A DNA stretch of 64,000 nt from Eledone cirrhosa (lineage: Eukaryota), in assembly GCA_964016885.1 (NCBI GenBank), contig OZ024741.1:64356001-64420000 (forward strand), read 5' to 3'. Positions 11,141 through 25,000 of this stretch are shown here, piece after piece (positions within the stretch are counted from its first letter, which is position 1; the number at the start of each line of letters is the position of its first letter). Position numbers and translations under genes: made by a program. The notes below the pieces were generated by a model that did no database searches, was not told the DNA's origin, and worked only from the letters and a program-made list of their open reading frames with translations.

Positions 11141-14100
11141 ATATATTTCTTTATTAGCCACAAGGGCACACAAGAAAAGGGGACAAAACAAAGACATGCC
11201 GGGGATTTTACATACAATCGTGTAAAAAAATATGAAACAAACAATTATAACAATCGAAATCCCCAATAGGGGGAGGCGCCACAAATGGGTTGTTTAATAC
11301 CCCGTCGATAGAACAACCCTCAACTTCAGGAGCGTGTTGTGCAAGTGCTCCTTTCTTCCTTTTGCTCTCTTCTTCAGCCTACAGGTTTATATACAGAGAG
11401 GGCCCAATCACTCGGGCCCTTTTTGCCACATTCACCCACCTTTCAGTAAATTTACTGGGGTGCAGTGCCTCTCTCTCCACTCTGATTCTCCTTCTAAGGT
11501 GGTATCTAAAGAAGGGAATGAGTTGTTGTCCGGAGAGAAAGGCATCTGTCCTCAGTCCTCTCAATCTCGTCCGCCATATAACCTCTTTCACCATAGCCAC
11601 TATACAGAGGAAAACCGCCTCTCTTTCGTTTTTGAAAGAAGTTGGCGGTTTTATCTTTACTATGGACTCGGCAGTCAACTGGATTTGTCCCTTACGCGAC
11701 AGCAGTTGTTCCGCGTAGTTCCACAGGTCGATTACGCCCGGGCAGTGTACAATTGCGTGCAGGACGGTTTCAATGTCCTGCGCGCATCTTGGACATGTCC
11801 TCTTGGAAGGATCTCTGCCGGGGCGTCAGTGCCTGTAGATCTTGTCACGAACTGGTAGAGCTCTTCGGTAGCATTGCCAGGCCAGGAACCTCTGGAAGTT
11901 GTCTATAGGTCCCGGGCGGAAAGTCCTACCAAACTGACTGGTGAGTTCGTCGTCTTCGACGCCTAGAATCTCTCCGAGCACGTCGTCACCCTTGTCACCC
12001 TCTATAGAATGTCGAAGTGGAGTCTCCACTGATTGCCGTGCCCACTTGACAGAGAACTGTGAGCGCCTGAGCGCATTCAATGTGTCAGCCGCCCACCTTC
12101 TTCGGTCTTCGCTTGACCCAGGACTGCAGCTCCGTCAGCGAGACAAGTTGCGGGAAGGCTTGTCTCACAAACGGTGCCCACACTGGTTGGGGTCGGTGAG
12201 GAATACCTGGAGATGCCGTAGCCTCAGCGCATGCTTGCGCATCATCAGCCACGGCATTCCCAGCCCTCCGTTGGAAGGGCGCTGACAGCAGACGGATCTC
12301 CTCACCGGTGGAGCCTGCTTCTTCCAAAGGAACTGGAAGAGCATGCGTTCTATCTTGGTGAGGTGTTCACGGGGACAAGGCGCGACGGTCAAGCGGTAGT
12401 AGTTGACGGACGCTATGAAAGTGATCGCCACCTCCGCTCGACCTTTCAAGGACAGTTTACACTCTGCCCTCTTCTGGGTGAGCGCAAATACGTTGGCCGT
12501 GATCTCGTTCCAGTTTTTCTCCACCTGGAGGTCCGGACCGAATCAGACCCCCGAGCAATTTCACCGGTCCGTCCGTCCAGCGTCCGACGACGCTGTCGGA
12601 CAGCATCGGTTTGCTTCTCCACATTCCGAATTGAAAACCGACAGACTTGTCCGGGTTCAGTTTTGCTCCTGTGAACCTTTCGTATTCCTACAGTAAGTTA
12701 CCGATCGCCCCGATTTCCGAGGCTTTCGACATCGTTACCGTCACGTCGTCGGCATAGGCCGACGCCGCTTTCCGCAGTCCTGGTTCCAGCGGAATGCCCT
12801 ACAGCAGCTCCAGCTGCCGCAGTAGTGGCTCTAGAGTCAGCACATACAGAATGGGGGAGAGAGGGCATCCCTGTCGGATGGAACGGTGATTACGAACGGC
12901 TCCGATATGTAGCCATTCATCTTGACCATCGAGCAGATGTTGGTGTGCATTGCGGTGATCCAGCCTCTGAAGACGGGTCCGAAACCGGCCGCCTTGAGAA
13001 CCGCTTCCAAGTATCGATGGTCGACCCTATCCAACGCCTTAGACTGATCTAAATTGATCAGAGCCCCACGAAGGCAGGGTTTATACCCCACTCTTTCTAT
13101 GATGTATCGCATGAGGTGGAGGTTGTCGTGTATGGACCTGGTTGGGATTGCACAAGTTTGGGCTTTCCCTACCAGGTTCTCGAAGACAAGCGCCAACCTC
13201 GTTGCCAACACCTTGGCCAAAATATGTGTTGAGCAGAGTTATGGGCCTAAAGTTGCTTAGTTCGTCCCCCTTGTTCTCGTCTTTCCTGATCAGCGTTACT
13301 ACGCCCCTGCCTGCATAACTGGCAATTCTTCCGTTCTGCTGCCAGTTGCAGTAGACTGCTTCGAGAACGCCAGAGAACAAGTCTGGCATGCCTATGTAAA
13401 ACTCATAGGGTAGACCATGTACACCGGGTGATTTGCGTTTCCCGCAGCAGCCCAGAGCGGCCCGTATCTCAGTGGCTGTGATCGGTCTTTCGCAGAACTC
13501 GGCGTCCATGCTCGAGAGACGCGGCAGGCTGTCAAGGTATGAACCGAAGTCCATTGCCCCGTTCGACGCACCGCCACTCTGCCTGAACAGTTGCGCAAAG
13601 TGCCGCTGAAACGCCGCGCACAACCGCTTGGGGTCAAGTAGCACGCGTCCGTTTTGGTCTTTCAAAGACCAAATCGTGGACTTGTTGCCACTTTTCGCCC
13701 CTGCCACTCGGGCCCAGCTAACAGCTTTCACTCCCTCGTTTCCTAGAGCACGTGATTTACTTCTGACCACGCAGCCTTCGTGTTTCGCGTCGAAGAACTG
13801 GTCCAGTGCCGTTCTCGTTGCTAACACTCTAGCTACGTTGCCACTCCTAAGCGCCTCCTCTACCTTGGCTACTAGTTCCGTTTGTTTTGTTTCTCTCTAA
13901 CTCTCCGCTAAAGTCCTATCGACTCTACTCTAATTGCTTTCTTGAGGGAGTACCACCATATGTTGTTGACGATTGCTCCCGTCAGTTGTTGCTTAACTAA
14001 TCTACTTATCCGTTCACTGTAAGCTTTACGTGTCGGTAGCGACACGTTCAGTTTCCAGTATTCGGGTCCTTGTCTAAGTATTCTATCACGGTTGACTATG

Positions 14101-17100
14101 CAGATGACTAGTTTGTGGTCTGAATAGGCAACCATGTGCATTTGTGGACAGCTTAGCATCTTCTTGTTCTTCTCTCTAATGAAAAACCTATCTAAATACG
14201 ATCTAGATGTTGGGACATGCTCCAGTATCCGGGTCCTTGTCTATGTATTCTATCACGGTTGACTATGAAGATGACTAATTTGTTGTCTGAATAGGCAACC
14301 ATGTGCATTTGTGGACAGCTTAACATCTTCTTGTTCTTCTCTCTAATGAAAAACCTATCTAAATACGATCTAGATGTCCCGCTGCGGTTTGCCCACGTCC
14401 ACTGTGGTGCAGTCGGGAAGTCTAGTCGATATCTATCGGCCAGTTGGAATTGGCCGATTAGATTTTTGAGGCTGTTGCACCCCCTTCTAGTGGGACATGC
14501 TCCAGTATCCGGGTCCTTGTCTATGTATTCTACCACGGTTGACTATGCAGATGACTGGTTTGTGGTCTGAATAGGAAACCATGTGCATTTGTGGACAGCT
14601 TAACATCTTGTTCTTCTCTCTAATGAAAAACCTATCTAAATACGATCTAGATGTCCCGCTACGGCTTGGCCACGTCCACTGTGGTGCAGTCGGGAAATCT
14701 AGTCGATATCTATCGGCCAGTTGGAATTGGCCGATTAGATTTTTGAGGCTAGTACCCCCCCCCCCCCCCTCTACTGGGACATGCTCCCACATAGTCCCAT
14801 CATGCATCTAGGATACTATTCCAGTCCCCCACTAAAAGTAAGGAGCGAGACGCTCCCCGAAAAGACTCTAGACGCTTAAAGAAGTCTGGCCGCGATTGCG
14901 ATCGCCCGGTCGGGGCATAAACGGCCACCAGTCTGAAGGCTCCACCTCCAATACTGTTCACGTCTAGGACTACCAGTCTACCCTCCGGGTCCAAGTGTAC
15001 TTGCTGTACTTCGACGTCCAGGTTTTTCCGAAACATGACAGCCACTCCTCCTCCACCTCCTGGCTGACAGAGAGATGCGTAGATCTCAAAGTCATTGAAG
15101 ACGGGGGTTAGTTGCTTCCTGTTGTGGATCCTGGACTTGGTGATGGCTATCACACCCATACCGTGTGACCTAAGGTCGTTTAAAAGTTGGCCCTATTTCC
15201 AGGGTATCCCTAGGCCACGCACATTCGCCCTTCGAACTCGTAAACTAGCCATGCTGGTGGAGAAGAATTGGCGAAAAATGACGGAAAGGTGCACTTACCT
15301 TTTCGTTTCCTGGAGATCGGGTTGTTCAATCTCCATTTTGGTGCTGGTGGGGGTGTTGGGTGGGGTGGGGAAACATTTTAACAGGAGGCGGTTTATGGGT
15401 TTTTGACAGGGGTTGCCCACGTCCTGCGAAAAGTTTGTTTTTAGTTCGCTATATGTTTCCATCGAAACCCTTATTAGTTTTAAGTGTGGAGACGATTCTG
15501 CTTTAACGAAAGTTTTGCCCTCCGTCTCTACCTTGGGGTTTTGGGAGATGACCTCCATCAAACTCTTGTTGTTTGTGTTGATGTGTGCGAATTGTTGTCT
15601 GTGTTTTTTTAGTTTGGTGTTCGTCCGGGAGTTTTCTTTTTATGGTGGGTGCTTGTGTTTGGGGTGGTGTTGGTGTTTGTTTTGCTGGTAGGGGGGGGTG
15701 ATTGTGGTGTTGTTTGTGTTGTTGTTTGTGTCGGTGGTTGTGTGTTCGTGTTGGTGATTGTTGTTTTTGTGGCTTTGTGGTGCCTTTTATTTGTTTTGGG
15801 GATTTTCGAGGCTGTCCTTCATCTTCACTTGGAGATGAAGAAGTAGCCTCGTCTGACGATGATTCGTCATCAGGAGCTTGCGGTAGAGGTATATTGTGTG
15901 GTGATGGTGTGTTTGTGTGTGTGTTTGTGTGTGTGTTTGTGGCAGTGTTGGATGGAGTGGGATGGAGTGGGACTGTGTTCTTCGGTGGAGTTGTTTGTGT
16001 TTTTCCTGCTGTTGTTGGTTGAATGGCTGTTTGTTTTGGTGCGTTTGGTTGTTTTGTGTGGTGGTGGTGGTGGTGGTGGTGGTGGTGGTGGTGGTGGTGG
16101 TGGTGGTGGTGGTGGTTTTGGTGTTGGTGGTGGTGGTGGTGGTTTTGGTGTTGGTGTTGGTAACAGTATTTGGGGGGGGGGGGGGGTTAAATGTGTCTGT
16201 AAAGGGCAGCAGACCTTTAGATGTGCTGTGCTGTTACATCGAAAGCAGTGTGGTTTCTTCCTTCAACCGAAATGCTTATGTGGCTGTTGCTGTCCACAAG
16301 CACTTTTTCGGGTATTTTGGAGATTCTCTCCGGCCTCATTTGCACCAGAATCTCCAAATTTGTACCAGACCACGTGTGTATGATTGACTTCCTGATGGAG
16401 AGAATGGTGTCATGTCTCTCCTCTAAAAACCTGCCAATATCAAACAAATATTAATATTTGGTGGTATGTTTGCGATTCTGATTTTTTTAGTCCTTTTTCC
16501 CAGATGTGTAGGGAAAAAGGCGTTTTTTTTTACAGTATTGGTGTTACTGAGTATCTTTGTGCGAGGGCCTCGCTTTTGAGAAGCACCGAAATACACCCGT
16601 ACTGTTTGGCCTTCTGCATAAAGTCAATGTTTGGCAATATCTCCTTCAAGGTTGCTTCAATTTCCCCTTGACTGAGGAATGCTGGTCGTTTTGTTTCATT
16701 TGAAACAGTTCTGAAGGTAACTGTCCTTCGAAATGTTTCAAGACAAATTTCTGGGGGTGAGTTTATTTGAAACCCACCGTTTTCACAGAAAATGATAAAC
16801 TCCTTTGCTTCAGAGAGCATCTGTCTCGCAGTGGAGATATCGAGATCCTTGTAATCTTTTTTGTTGATGACTGTTTGCGCAAAAGTTTTTTTTTTGTGTT
16901 GTTATTGTTCTTGTTGTGGTTGTCGGTTTTTCCGTTTGTAGTTGTGACAATCGTTTAAATTTTCTGTTGTTTTTCTGTTGTTGGTGGTGTCTGTTGTACA
17001 CTGTGTGGTTCAATCTTGTTTTTACTTTTGTTGTTCATATTGGCTTCCATAGTGACGTCAATAAATGCGGAGTTCGAGGTAACTTTGAAATCCATATTAT

Positions 17101-17597
17101 TATTTGTGACTGTTTCTGTAAAAGTTATTTTTTTGGTGTTGTTGTGGTTGTCTATTTTTCGGTTTGTAGTTGTATCAATTGTTTTTTCTGTTGTTTTTTG
17201 GTGTCTGCTGTACACTGTGTGGTTCAATTTTGTTTGTGTTGTCTACTTCACTTTCGTGAATCAAAACTTTGTTGTCAACTACATCAATACAGGCAAAGCT
17301 CTCAGAAACGTTAAAGTTTATTTCTTCTTTTCCTTTTCCTTCCTCAACGTTCGCTAGCGTTCTTTGTACGCTAGCCATTGCTGATGGCAAAATATTAAAA
17401 ATGTCCTTAACAGTTTTCAAACTAAAATCAAATTAAATTTTCGCTCCTGTGGGGGCGAAAAATGAGATTGCCACCCAGCTGACAATTCATCCTGGGGGTT
17501 AATCTACAAAACAATGTGTTTTTTTAAACAAGAATTTGTTTTTTGTAAATAAATTGACAGAAACTTACCAGCAAAATTGTGTGCGTCCAGCTACCAA
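11141..17597 (-). mobile_element. Tx1 LINE copy C, full length, heavily frameshifted, internal tandem triplication
   Basis: ORF1 remnants 15295-17420; ORF2 remnants 11379-15252 (GDWN, SDH, YADD); GATA repeats at both ends. Confidence 0.9.
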
Positions 17598-17937
17598 GAT
17601 AGATAGAGAGATAGAAGTAATTTAGAAATGTATCGTATGTTATGGAACGTAATATTATTTACATAAGTATTATTGTGAAAGAAGACTAATAAAAATTATA
17701 AAGAAAACCACCTTCGTTGCTCATGAGAAAATATGATTACAAATAAACGTTGAATTTCTATTTAATTAACTACAAACCAAACACTACAAATATTGCTTAA
17801 TTTAACAAGAGTTTTGATTAGAAATTTTAATGTAATAACATGTGTGAAGAAACATACGTAAATTTGTTTCGTATATGTATGTCTGTGTGTGTGTATGTAT
17901 GTGCGTGCGTGCGTGTCTTTGTGGGTGCATGTGTGTG

Positions 17938-17972
<35 letters not shown>

Positions 17973-18208
17973 ACCCGCGAGAATACGTGAACTTAAAAGT
18001 TACAGTATTCGTCTTGTTACATTGATCTATATAAATGATTATAGTGAGACATAAGATAGGTGGACAGGTGAAAATATATGTAGGGCGAGAGGGAGAGAGG
18101 GAGCGAGAGGAAGGTGGAGGGAGAGTAGAGGAGAAGGAGAGAGGGGGAGAGGGAGAGAGGAGGAGAAGGAGAGGGAGGGGTAGACAAACTGACATGGTTG
18201 GATAGATA

Positions 18209-20646
18209 AATATCTTTCTATATTTGCCACAGGGGCGTACAAAAATGGGACATTACAAGACGTGACGGCGGGGGTTTTACATAAAAATAACTTTAACATT
18301 AATAAATAACAATAAACTATATATAATAAAATAACAATTGAAATCCCCAATAGGGGGAACGTTACTGCAGGGTTGTTTTACACCCCGTGGATAGAACAAC
18401 CCTCAAAACCCGGAACACGTTTTGTAGGTGTTCCTGTCTTCCCTCTGTTTATCTTCCTCAGCCTACAGGTTTATATACAGAGAAGGCCCATTCACTCGAG
18501 CCATTTTCGCCACATTCACTCACCTTTCAGCGAATTTACTGGGGTGTAGCACCTCTCTCTCCACTCTCACCTTCCTTCTGAAGTGATACTTAAAGAAGGG
18601 GATAAGTTGTTGTCCGGAGAGAAAGGTGTTTGCCCTCAGTCCTTTTAACCTCGTCCACCATATTACCTCTTTCGCCATAGCCACCAGACAGAGGAAAACC
18701 GCCTCTCCTTCATTCTTAAATGAAGGCGGCGGGGTGATCCTTACGATGGACTCGGCTGACAACTGGATGCGTCCCACACGTGACAGCAGCTGTTCGACAT
18801 AATTCCACAGGTCGGTCATCCCTGGGCACTGAACAATTGCGTGCAGAACGGTTTCGATATCCTGCTCGCATCTTGGACAGGTCCTTTTGGCAGGATCTCT
18901 GCCTGTAGATTTTGTCTCGAACTGGTAGAGCTCCTCGGTAGCACTGTCAGGCCAGAGACCTCTGGAAGTTATCCATAGGCCCTGGACGGAAAGTCCTCCC
19001 GAACAGACTGGTCAGTTCGTCCTCCTCGATGCCTAGAGTTTCCCCGAGAACGTCGTCGCACTTATCCTCCACTAATCCCCTATAGAATGTCGAAGTGGAG
19101 TCTCCGCTGATTGCCGTTTCCGCTTAGTAGAGGGCTGTGAGCGCCTGTAGGCACTCGAGGTGCCAGGCACCTATTTTCGGTCTTTGCTTGACCCAGGACT
19201 GCAGCTCTGTTAGTGAGACGAGTTGTGGAAGAGCTTGTCTCACAAATGACAGCCACACAGCCTCACCGCGTGTTTGCGCATCATCAGCCACGGCATGCCC
19301 AGCCCTCCGCTAGAAGGGTGTTGACAGCAGATGGATCTCCTCACCAATGGAGCCTGTTTCTTTCAGAGGAACTTGAAGAGTAGGCGTTCCATTTTGGTAA
19401 GGTATTTGCGGGGGCAAGGCACGACTGTCAAGCGGTAGTAGATGACGGACGCTATGTAAGTGTTCGCCACCTCCGCTCTACCTCTCAAGGAGATTTTGTA
19501 CTCAGTCCATTTCTGGGTGAGTGCAAACACCTTCGCCGTGACCTCGTTCCAGTTCTTGTCCACCTGGAGGTCTGGACCAAACCAGACCCCGAGCAATTTC
19601 ACCGGTCCTTCCGTCCAGCGTCCAACGACACTGTCGGAAGGCATGGGTTTGCCTCTCCATGTGCCGAGTTGCAAACCGACAGACTAGTTTGGGTTTAGTC
19701 ATGCTCCTGTCAACGTTTCGTATTCCTGTAATAGGTTGCCGATTACTCCGATTTCCGATGTTTTCGACACCATTACGGTTATGTCGTCGGCATAGCCCGA
19801 TGCTGCTTTCCGCAGTCCTGGTTCGATCGGGATGCCCTGCAACAGCTCGAGCTTCCGCAATAACGGCTCGAGAGTCAGTACATACAGAATGGAGGAGAGA
19901 GGGCATCCCTGACGGATGGAACGCATGATTTGGAATGGCTCTGATAGGTAGCCATTCACCTTGACTGCCGAGTAGATGCTGGTGTGCATGGCAGCGATCC
20001 AGCCTCTGAACACGGGACCGAAGCCGGCCGCCTTGAGGACTGCTTCCAAGTATTGATGGTCGACCTTATCAAATGCCTTAGACTGATCTAAATTGATCAG
20101 AGCCCCACCGAAGCCAGGTTTACACCCTACCCTCTCTATGATGTATCGCATGAGGTGGAGGTTGTCGTGTATAGACCTGGTCGGGATTGTACACGTTTGG
20201 ACTTCCCCTACCAGGTTCTCGACGACAAGCGCCGGTCTTGCTGCTAACACCTTGGCCAAAATCTTTAACTCTGTGTTGAGCAGAATTATGGGCCTGAAAT
20301 TGCTTAACTCATTCCCTTTGTGCTCATCTTTCCTGATCAGCGTTACTACGCCCCTGCCTACAGAACTGGGAATCCTCCCGTTCTGCTGCCAGTTGCAGTA
20401 TACTGCTTCGAGGACGCCAGAGAACAAGTCTGGCATGCCTATATAAAACTCATAGGTAGACCATCTAAACCGGGTGGGCATTTCGCCCGCTGTGATCGGC
20501 CTTTCGCAGCTCTCCGCATCCGTGCTCGAGAGTCGCGGTACGCCGTCGAGGTAGGAGCTGAAGTCCATCACCTAGCTCGATGTACCGCTTTGCCCGAACA
20601 GTTGTGCAAAATGCTGCTGGAAGGCCGTGCACATCTGCTTGGATTC

Positions 20647-20647
<1 letters not shown>
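18209..20647 (-). mobile_element. Tx1 LINE copy D, 5'-truncated upstream of RT
   Basis: RT ORF 19699-20571 (RQGCPLS, YADD), C-terminal remnants and 3' UTR; (GATA)n at 20649-20734 followed by non-element DNA. Confidence 0.9.
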
Positions 20648-20735
<88 letters not shown>

Positions 20736-21149
20736 TTTCTATAATAGGAATCGTATAATGAAATGTCAAAACAACGTGACAACATCGATTGAAGGAAATT
20801 AAATTTAAATGGAATATTGAATAGGTGCAACTTTCGGATTAGTGAGAACATGACATGAAACGAACTAAACCTGAAGAAAAGTTAGTATTGAGGATCAATG
20901 CTATTGAAAAGGGAATGAAGAAAAAATCTAGAGTAGACTGGAGGCTATACTAAAAGACATTCGCCCAATGTGCTGCTGCACAATGTGATCGAATTACTCT
21001 ACCATACCGCTATGCCTGCACTTATGTATGTTTGGCTTTTTTACTTTATTTCGTAGATTGCTTCTGTAGGATGTAGCGTCTTAAGATATCCTCAAAGTGG
21101 ATAGCTGATCTAAATGCTTTGCAAGAGTTTGGACTTCACAAAAAGGCAC

Positions 21150-21290
21150 ACAGCGAAGGCAGAGTCGTTAAAACGTCGGATGGAATGCTTTGCAATCTTC
21201 GTTCTGGCTCTCTGCACTCTGAGTTCAAATCCCATCGAGGTCAACTTTGCCTTTCATCCTTTCGAGGTCGATAATAAAATACCAACCCAA
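21150..21290 (+). mobile_element. SINE copy lacking its 3' part
   Basis: GGCAGAGTCGTTA..GAGTTCAAATCCC..GCCTTTCATCCTTTCGAGGTCGATAA. Confidence 0.7.
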
Positions 21291-21329
21291 TATTATAGTA
21301 GATTCTCTGCCCCCCCCCCCCCCCTCCCC

Positions 21330-21381
<52 letters not shown>

Positions 21382-21597
21382 CATATATATATATCATCTC
21401 TCTCGCCTTCTCTCTCTCTCTCTCTCTCTCTTTCACTCTGTCTCTCACTTTCTGTCTTTCTTTCTTTCTCTCTCTCTCCCTCTCTCTGGAAGAAATCGGT
21501 TGTGTCCAGACCTGAGGAGGGACGGGCTCAGCAAGGTTTAAAATGCCCAAGACGTATGTCACGACGGCGCCCTATAATTCCATCATGAGTTACAGGT

Positions 21598-21728
21598 CCG
21601 TCCATCCGTCCGTTCGTCTGTCTGCCTGTCCATCCATCCATCCATCCATCCATCCATCCATCCATACATCCATCCATCCATCCATCCATCCATCCATACA
21701 TCCATCCATCCATCCATACATACATACA

Positions 21729-21761
<33 letters not shown>

Positions 21762-21908
21762 GGATACATCCATCCATACATACATACAGACAGACATACA
21801 TACATACATACATACATACATACATACATACATACATACATACATACATACATACATACATACATACAGACAGACATACATACATACATATATGGATACA
21901 TCCATCCA

Positions 21909-21941
<33 letters not shown>

Positions 21942-22053
21942 GGATACATCCATCCATACATACATACATACATACATACATACATACATACATACATACA
22001 TACATACATACATACATACATACATACAGACAGACATACATACATACATACAT
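21598..22053. repeat. Compound (TCCA)n/(TACA)n microsatellite with higher-order units
   Basis: Direct reading; the variant TATGGATACATCCATCC recurs three times. Confidence 0.95.
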
Positions 22054-25000
22054 AGTCTCCTTCGACCAAATCGCAACTACAACCGTTGTATACAGTGGAG
22101 CTACGAGCTTAACAAAGTATTATATGAAGCATAGAAACAATCTGAACACCAAAAGTTCGGTTTTATGCAAAGGCTAAAAAATTTATGGAACTCCAAACAC
22201 CCAGAATTAAACTTTTCTCCAAAGCATTTAAATGAACAGGCAAAACGTATCATTAGATGTAAATTGATGCATCTAACGGAATTGAGTGATACTACAAATA
22301 CAGCCCTTGTAGACAACCACCCCACCTCCACTGACAGATAAAGAGAATGGCCAGCTAAATCTAACAGTGAGCAGCTCACCAACAATTTTGCTGAAATCTA
22401 TCCCACTTCCACTGAAGAACAGCGAGAAAGGTCAGCTAACTCTAGTAGTAATTGTCACCACATCAACAACGAGGCTGAAATTCATGACTCTACTGAACAA
22501 ACAGAGCACCAAAAACTTGTGGACACTCTACAAGTGATATGGAACGATATGTTTCAAGAGATACACAGCCTTAATGTGAGTGACAGACCATACAACACCA
22601 GAATCAGTAAAGAACCCACTAAATTGGAATTGGAAGCGGTGAACGAAATAGCTGGCAATTATCTGAAGGCTATACGATCTAAAGGTGTAGAAACGACATT
22701 TGAAACGCTTAATGTTTTGTTATATGTTTCAGCTGTCACATTGCTATCATATAACACACATCTAAAACCACGCAATCAAGATACAAACAGAAAGCCTGCA
22801 CCAGCGTGGACGCAGTCGTTATGAAATGCAACATAGAGAGCAACTTCACACGACATCAGGAAGACCTAAAGAAAAAGTTAGAGACGATTTGGTGATACAA
22901 AATTTAAAACTTTGAACTCCAAATTACACCAGTTGAAACAACAGCTCACAGCTACAACAGAAAGACTAAAATATAAGTCAACAGCACATAAACGACAAGT
23001 GCTAAATAGATTGTTTTCCAGAGATCCTAAATCAGTTTATCGCAGCTTCGGTGGCAAAAGCTCAATCCCTGTAAACGACACCCCTTCAAAAGAACAGGTT
23101 GAGAGCTACTGGAGATCTGTATGGGAAACGGATGACGGATTCAACAGACAAGCTAATTGGCTAAAAGAACTGGAACAGGACTACTGCCAACATGTCCAGA
23201 CAAAACAATATGACATAGATGGGTCAATACTGGAAACAGCTCTACAGAAAATGTCGAATAGGAAATCGCCAGGCCCAGACCTCATTACAGGATACTGGTT
23301 GAAGAATTTCACTTTCTATCGGCAAGATCTCATACGGCTGTTTACAGAAACCATTAAAGGCACACAAGAACTGCCCAGATGGTTATCAACTGCCACTACT
23401 CTCCTCATTCCCAAAAAGAGCCAAAACACCCTTGCTAAAAATTACCGCCCAATTGCCTGCCAAAACATCATGTATAAATTATATACTGGGTGCCTTAACC
23501 TGTTCTTACATGATCACTGTGCTACCAACAACATCATAACACCTGAGCAAGCTGGTGGAAAGAGGGGGGTGTGGGGTTGCATAGATCACCTACTAACTAA
23601 CAAAATGATTCAGGAAAAAACAATAAAGAATCGCAGAAACATGACTGTGGTGTGGCTGGACTATCAAAAAGCATTTGATAGTGTACCTCATGGGTGGATT
23701 ATTAAGGCTTTACTGTTAGCTAGAGTCCCACAACCATTGGTAGCTGCTGTTGAACGCCTGGCCAAGAACTGGTACACCAATTTGATCCTTAGAGGTGAGA
23801 AGGAGCAGGTTAAGACTGATAAGATACATTACCAGAAGGGCATCTTTCAGGGTGATAGCTTGTCAGTGCTACTCTTCGTTCTCTCACTGAATCCACTATC
23901 TTACCTAATCAGGAAACAAGGTGAACAAAGAAGTGGGCCCAGAAGTATCTCCCATCTTTTCTTTGTTGATAACCTGAAGTTGTATGGGCCAAATATCAAT
24001 GACATCAAGAAACAATTGGACCTCATTACACGATTTTCAACCGGCATCAAAATGAAATTTGGTGAGTCCAAGTGTGCATATTTGGCAGTAAAACATGGAA
24101 GAGCTGTGCCCTCCTCTAGAAATCTAGAGATGAACGGCCTGACAATACAACCTCTGCAGTCAGGTGACAACTATAGATATCTTGGACAGGATGAGAATGT
24201 CAGATATGATGGACCCATAAATAAGGAGAGAACCAGAACTGAATACCTCAGAAGAGTAAAAAAAATATGGTCATCAGAACTGTCAGCATACAACAAATAC
24301 ATTGCCCACAATACTTATGCTGTGCCAATTCTAACGCCAACATTTGGCCTGCTGAACTGGTCATTGCAAGAACTAAGTGAGATGGATGTTAGAACTCGAA
24401 AACTTCTCAGTGTTACTGGGAACTTTAACATCAATGGTGATGTGGATAGGCTATACTTCTCACGCAAGGAGGGTGGCCGGGGTCTAAAATCAATATTAAC
24501 AACATATGAGACGCGGATAGTAACACTGAAGCAACACCTTCAACAGAGGAAAAAGGTAGGCAACCATCTTGCCCAGGTTTATGAGCATGAAAAAAAAAAT
24601 ATCATTAGAATAGCGACTGATCTGGAGGAGAGATATGGAATAAGGCCTGATATAAATCTCTCACCCAGAGAAATCGGAAGATCCTATTCAATGTTCAAAC
24701 AAGATTAAAAAATTGACCAATTTACAGAAAAAGTTGTGCATGGATACTTGAGGCGTAAAACACAGACCATAGAGGGGATAAACCACTCAAAAAGCCTGGC
24801 ATGGAGTTCCGACAAGTTTATGACATCACACCTTGAGGAATATCTCTATGCAATACAGGAACAAGAACTCCCTACCAAATATCTGCTGCACAAAAGAGGA
24901 GGGCCAGCAGCTGACAATAAATGTAGGCTATGTTAAACAAAGATCGAGGATGTAAACCACATTGTTGCCAGCTGTGAAAGAATGTCATTTCGCTACTACC

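Noticed and set aside
21495-21600. GC-richer 100-bp island (CTGAGGAG..) between microsatellites as a ribozyme or LINE 3' end
   Set aside because: No GAAA core partner and no second copy in the window, so it cannot be assigned
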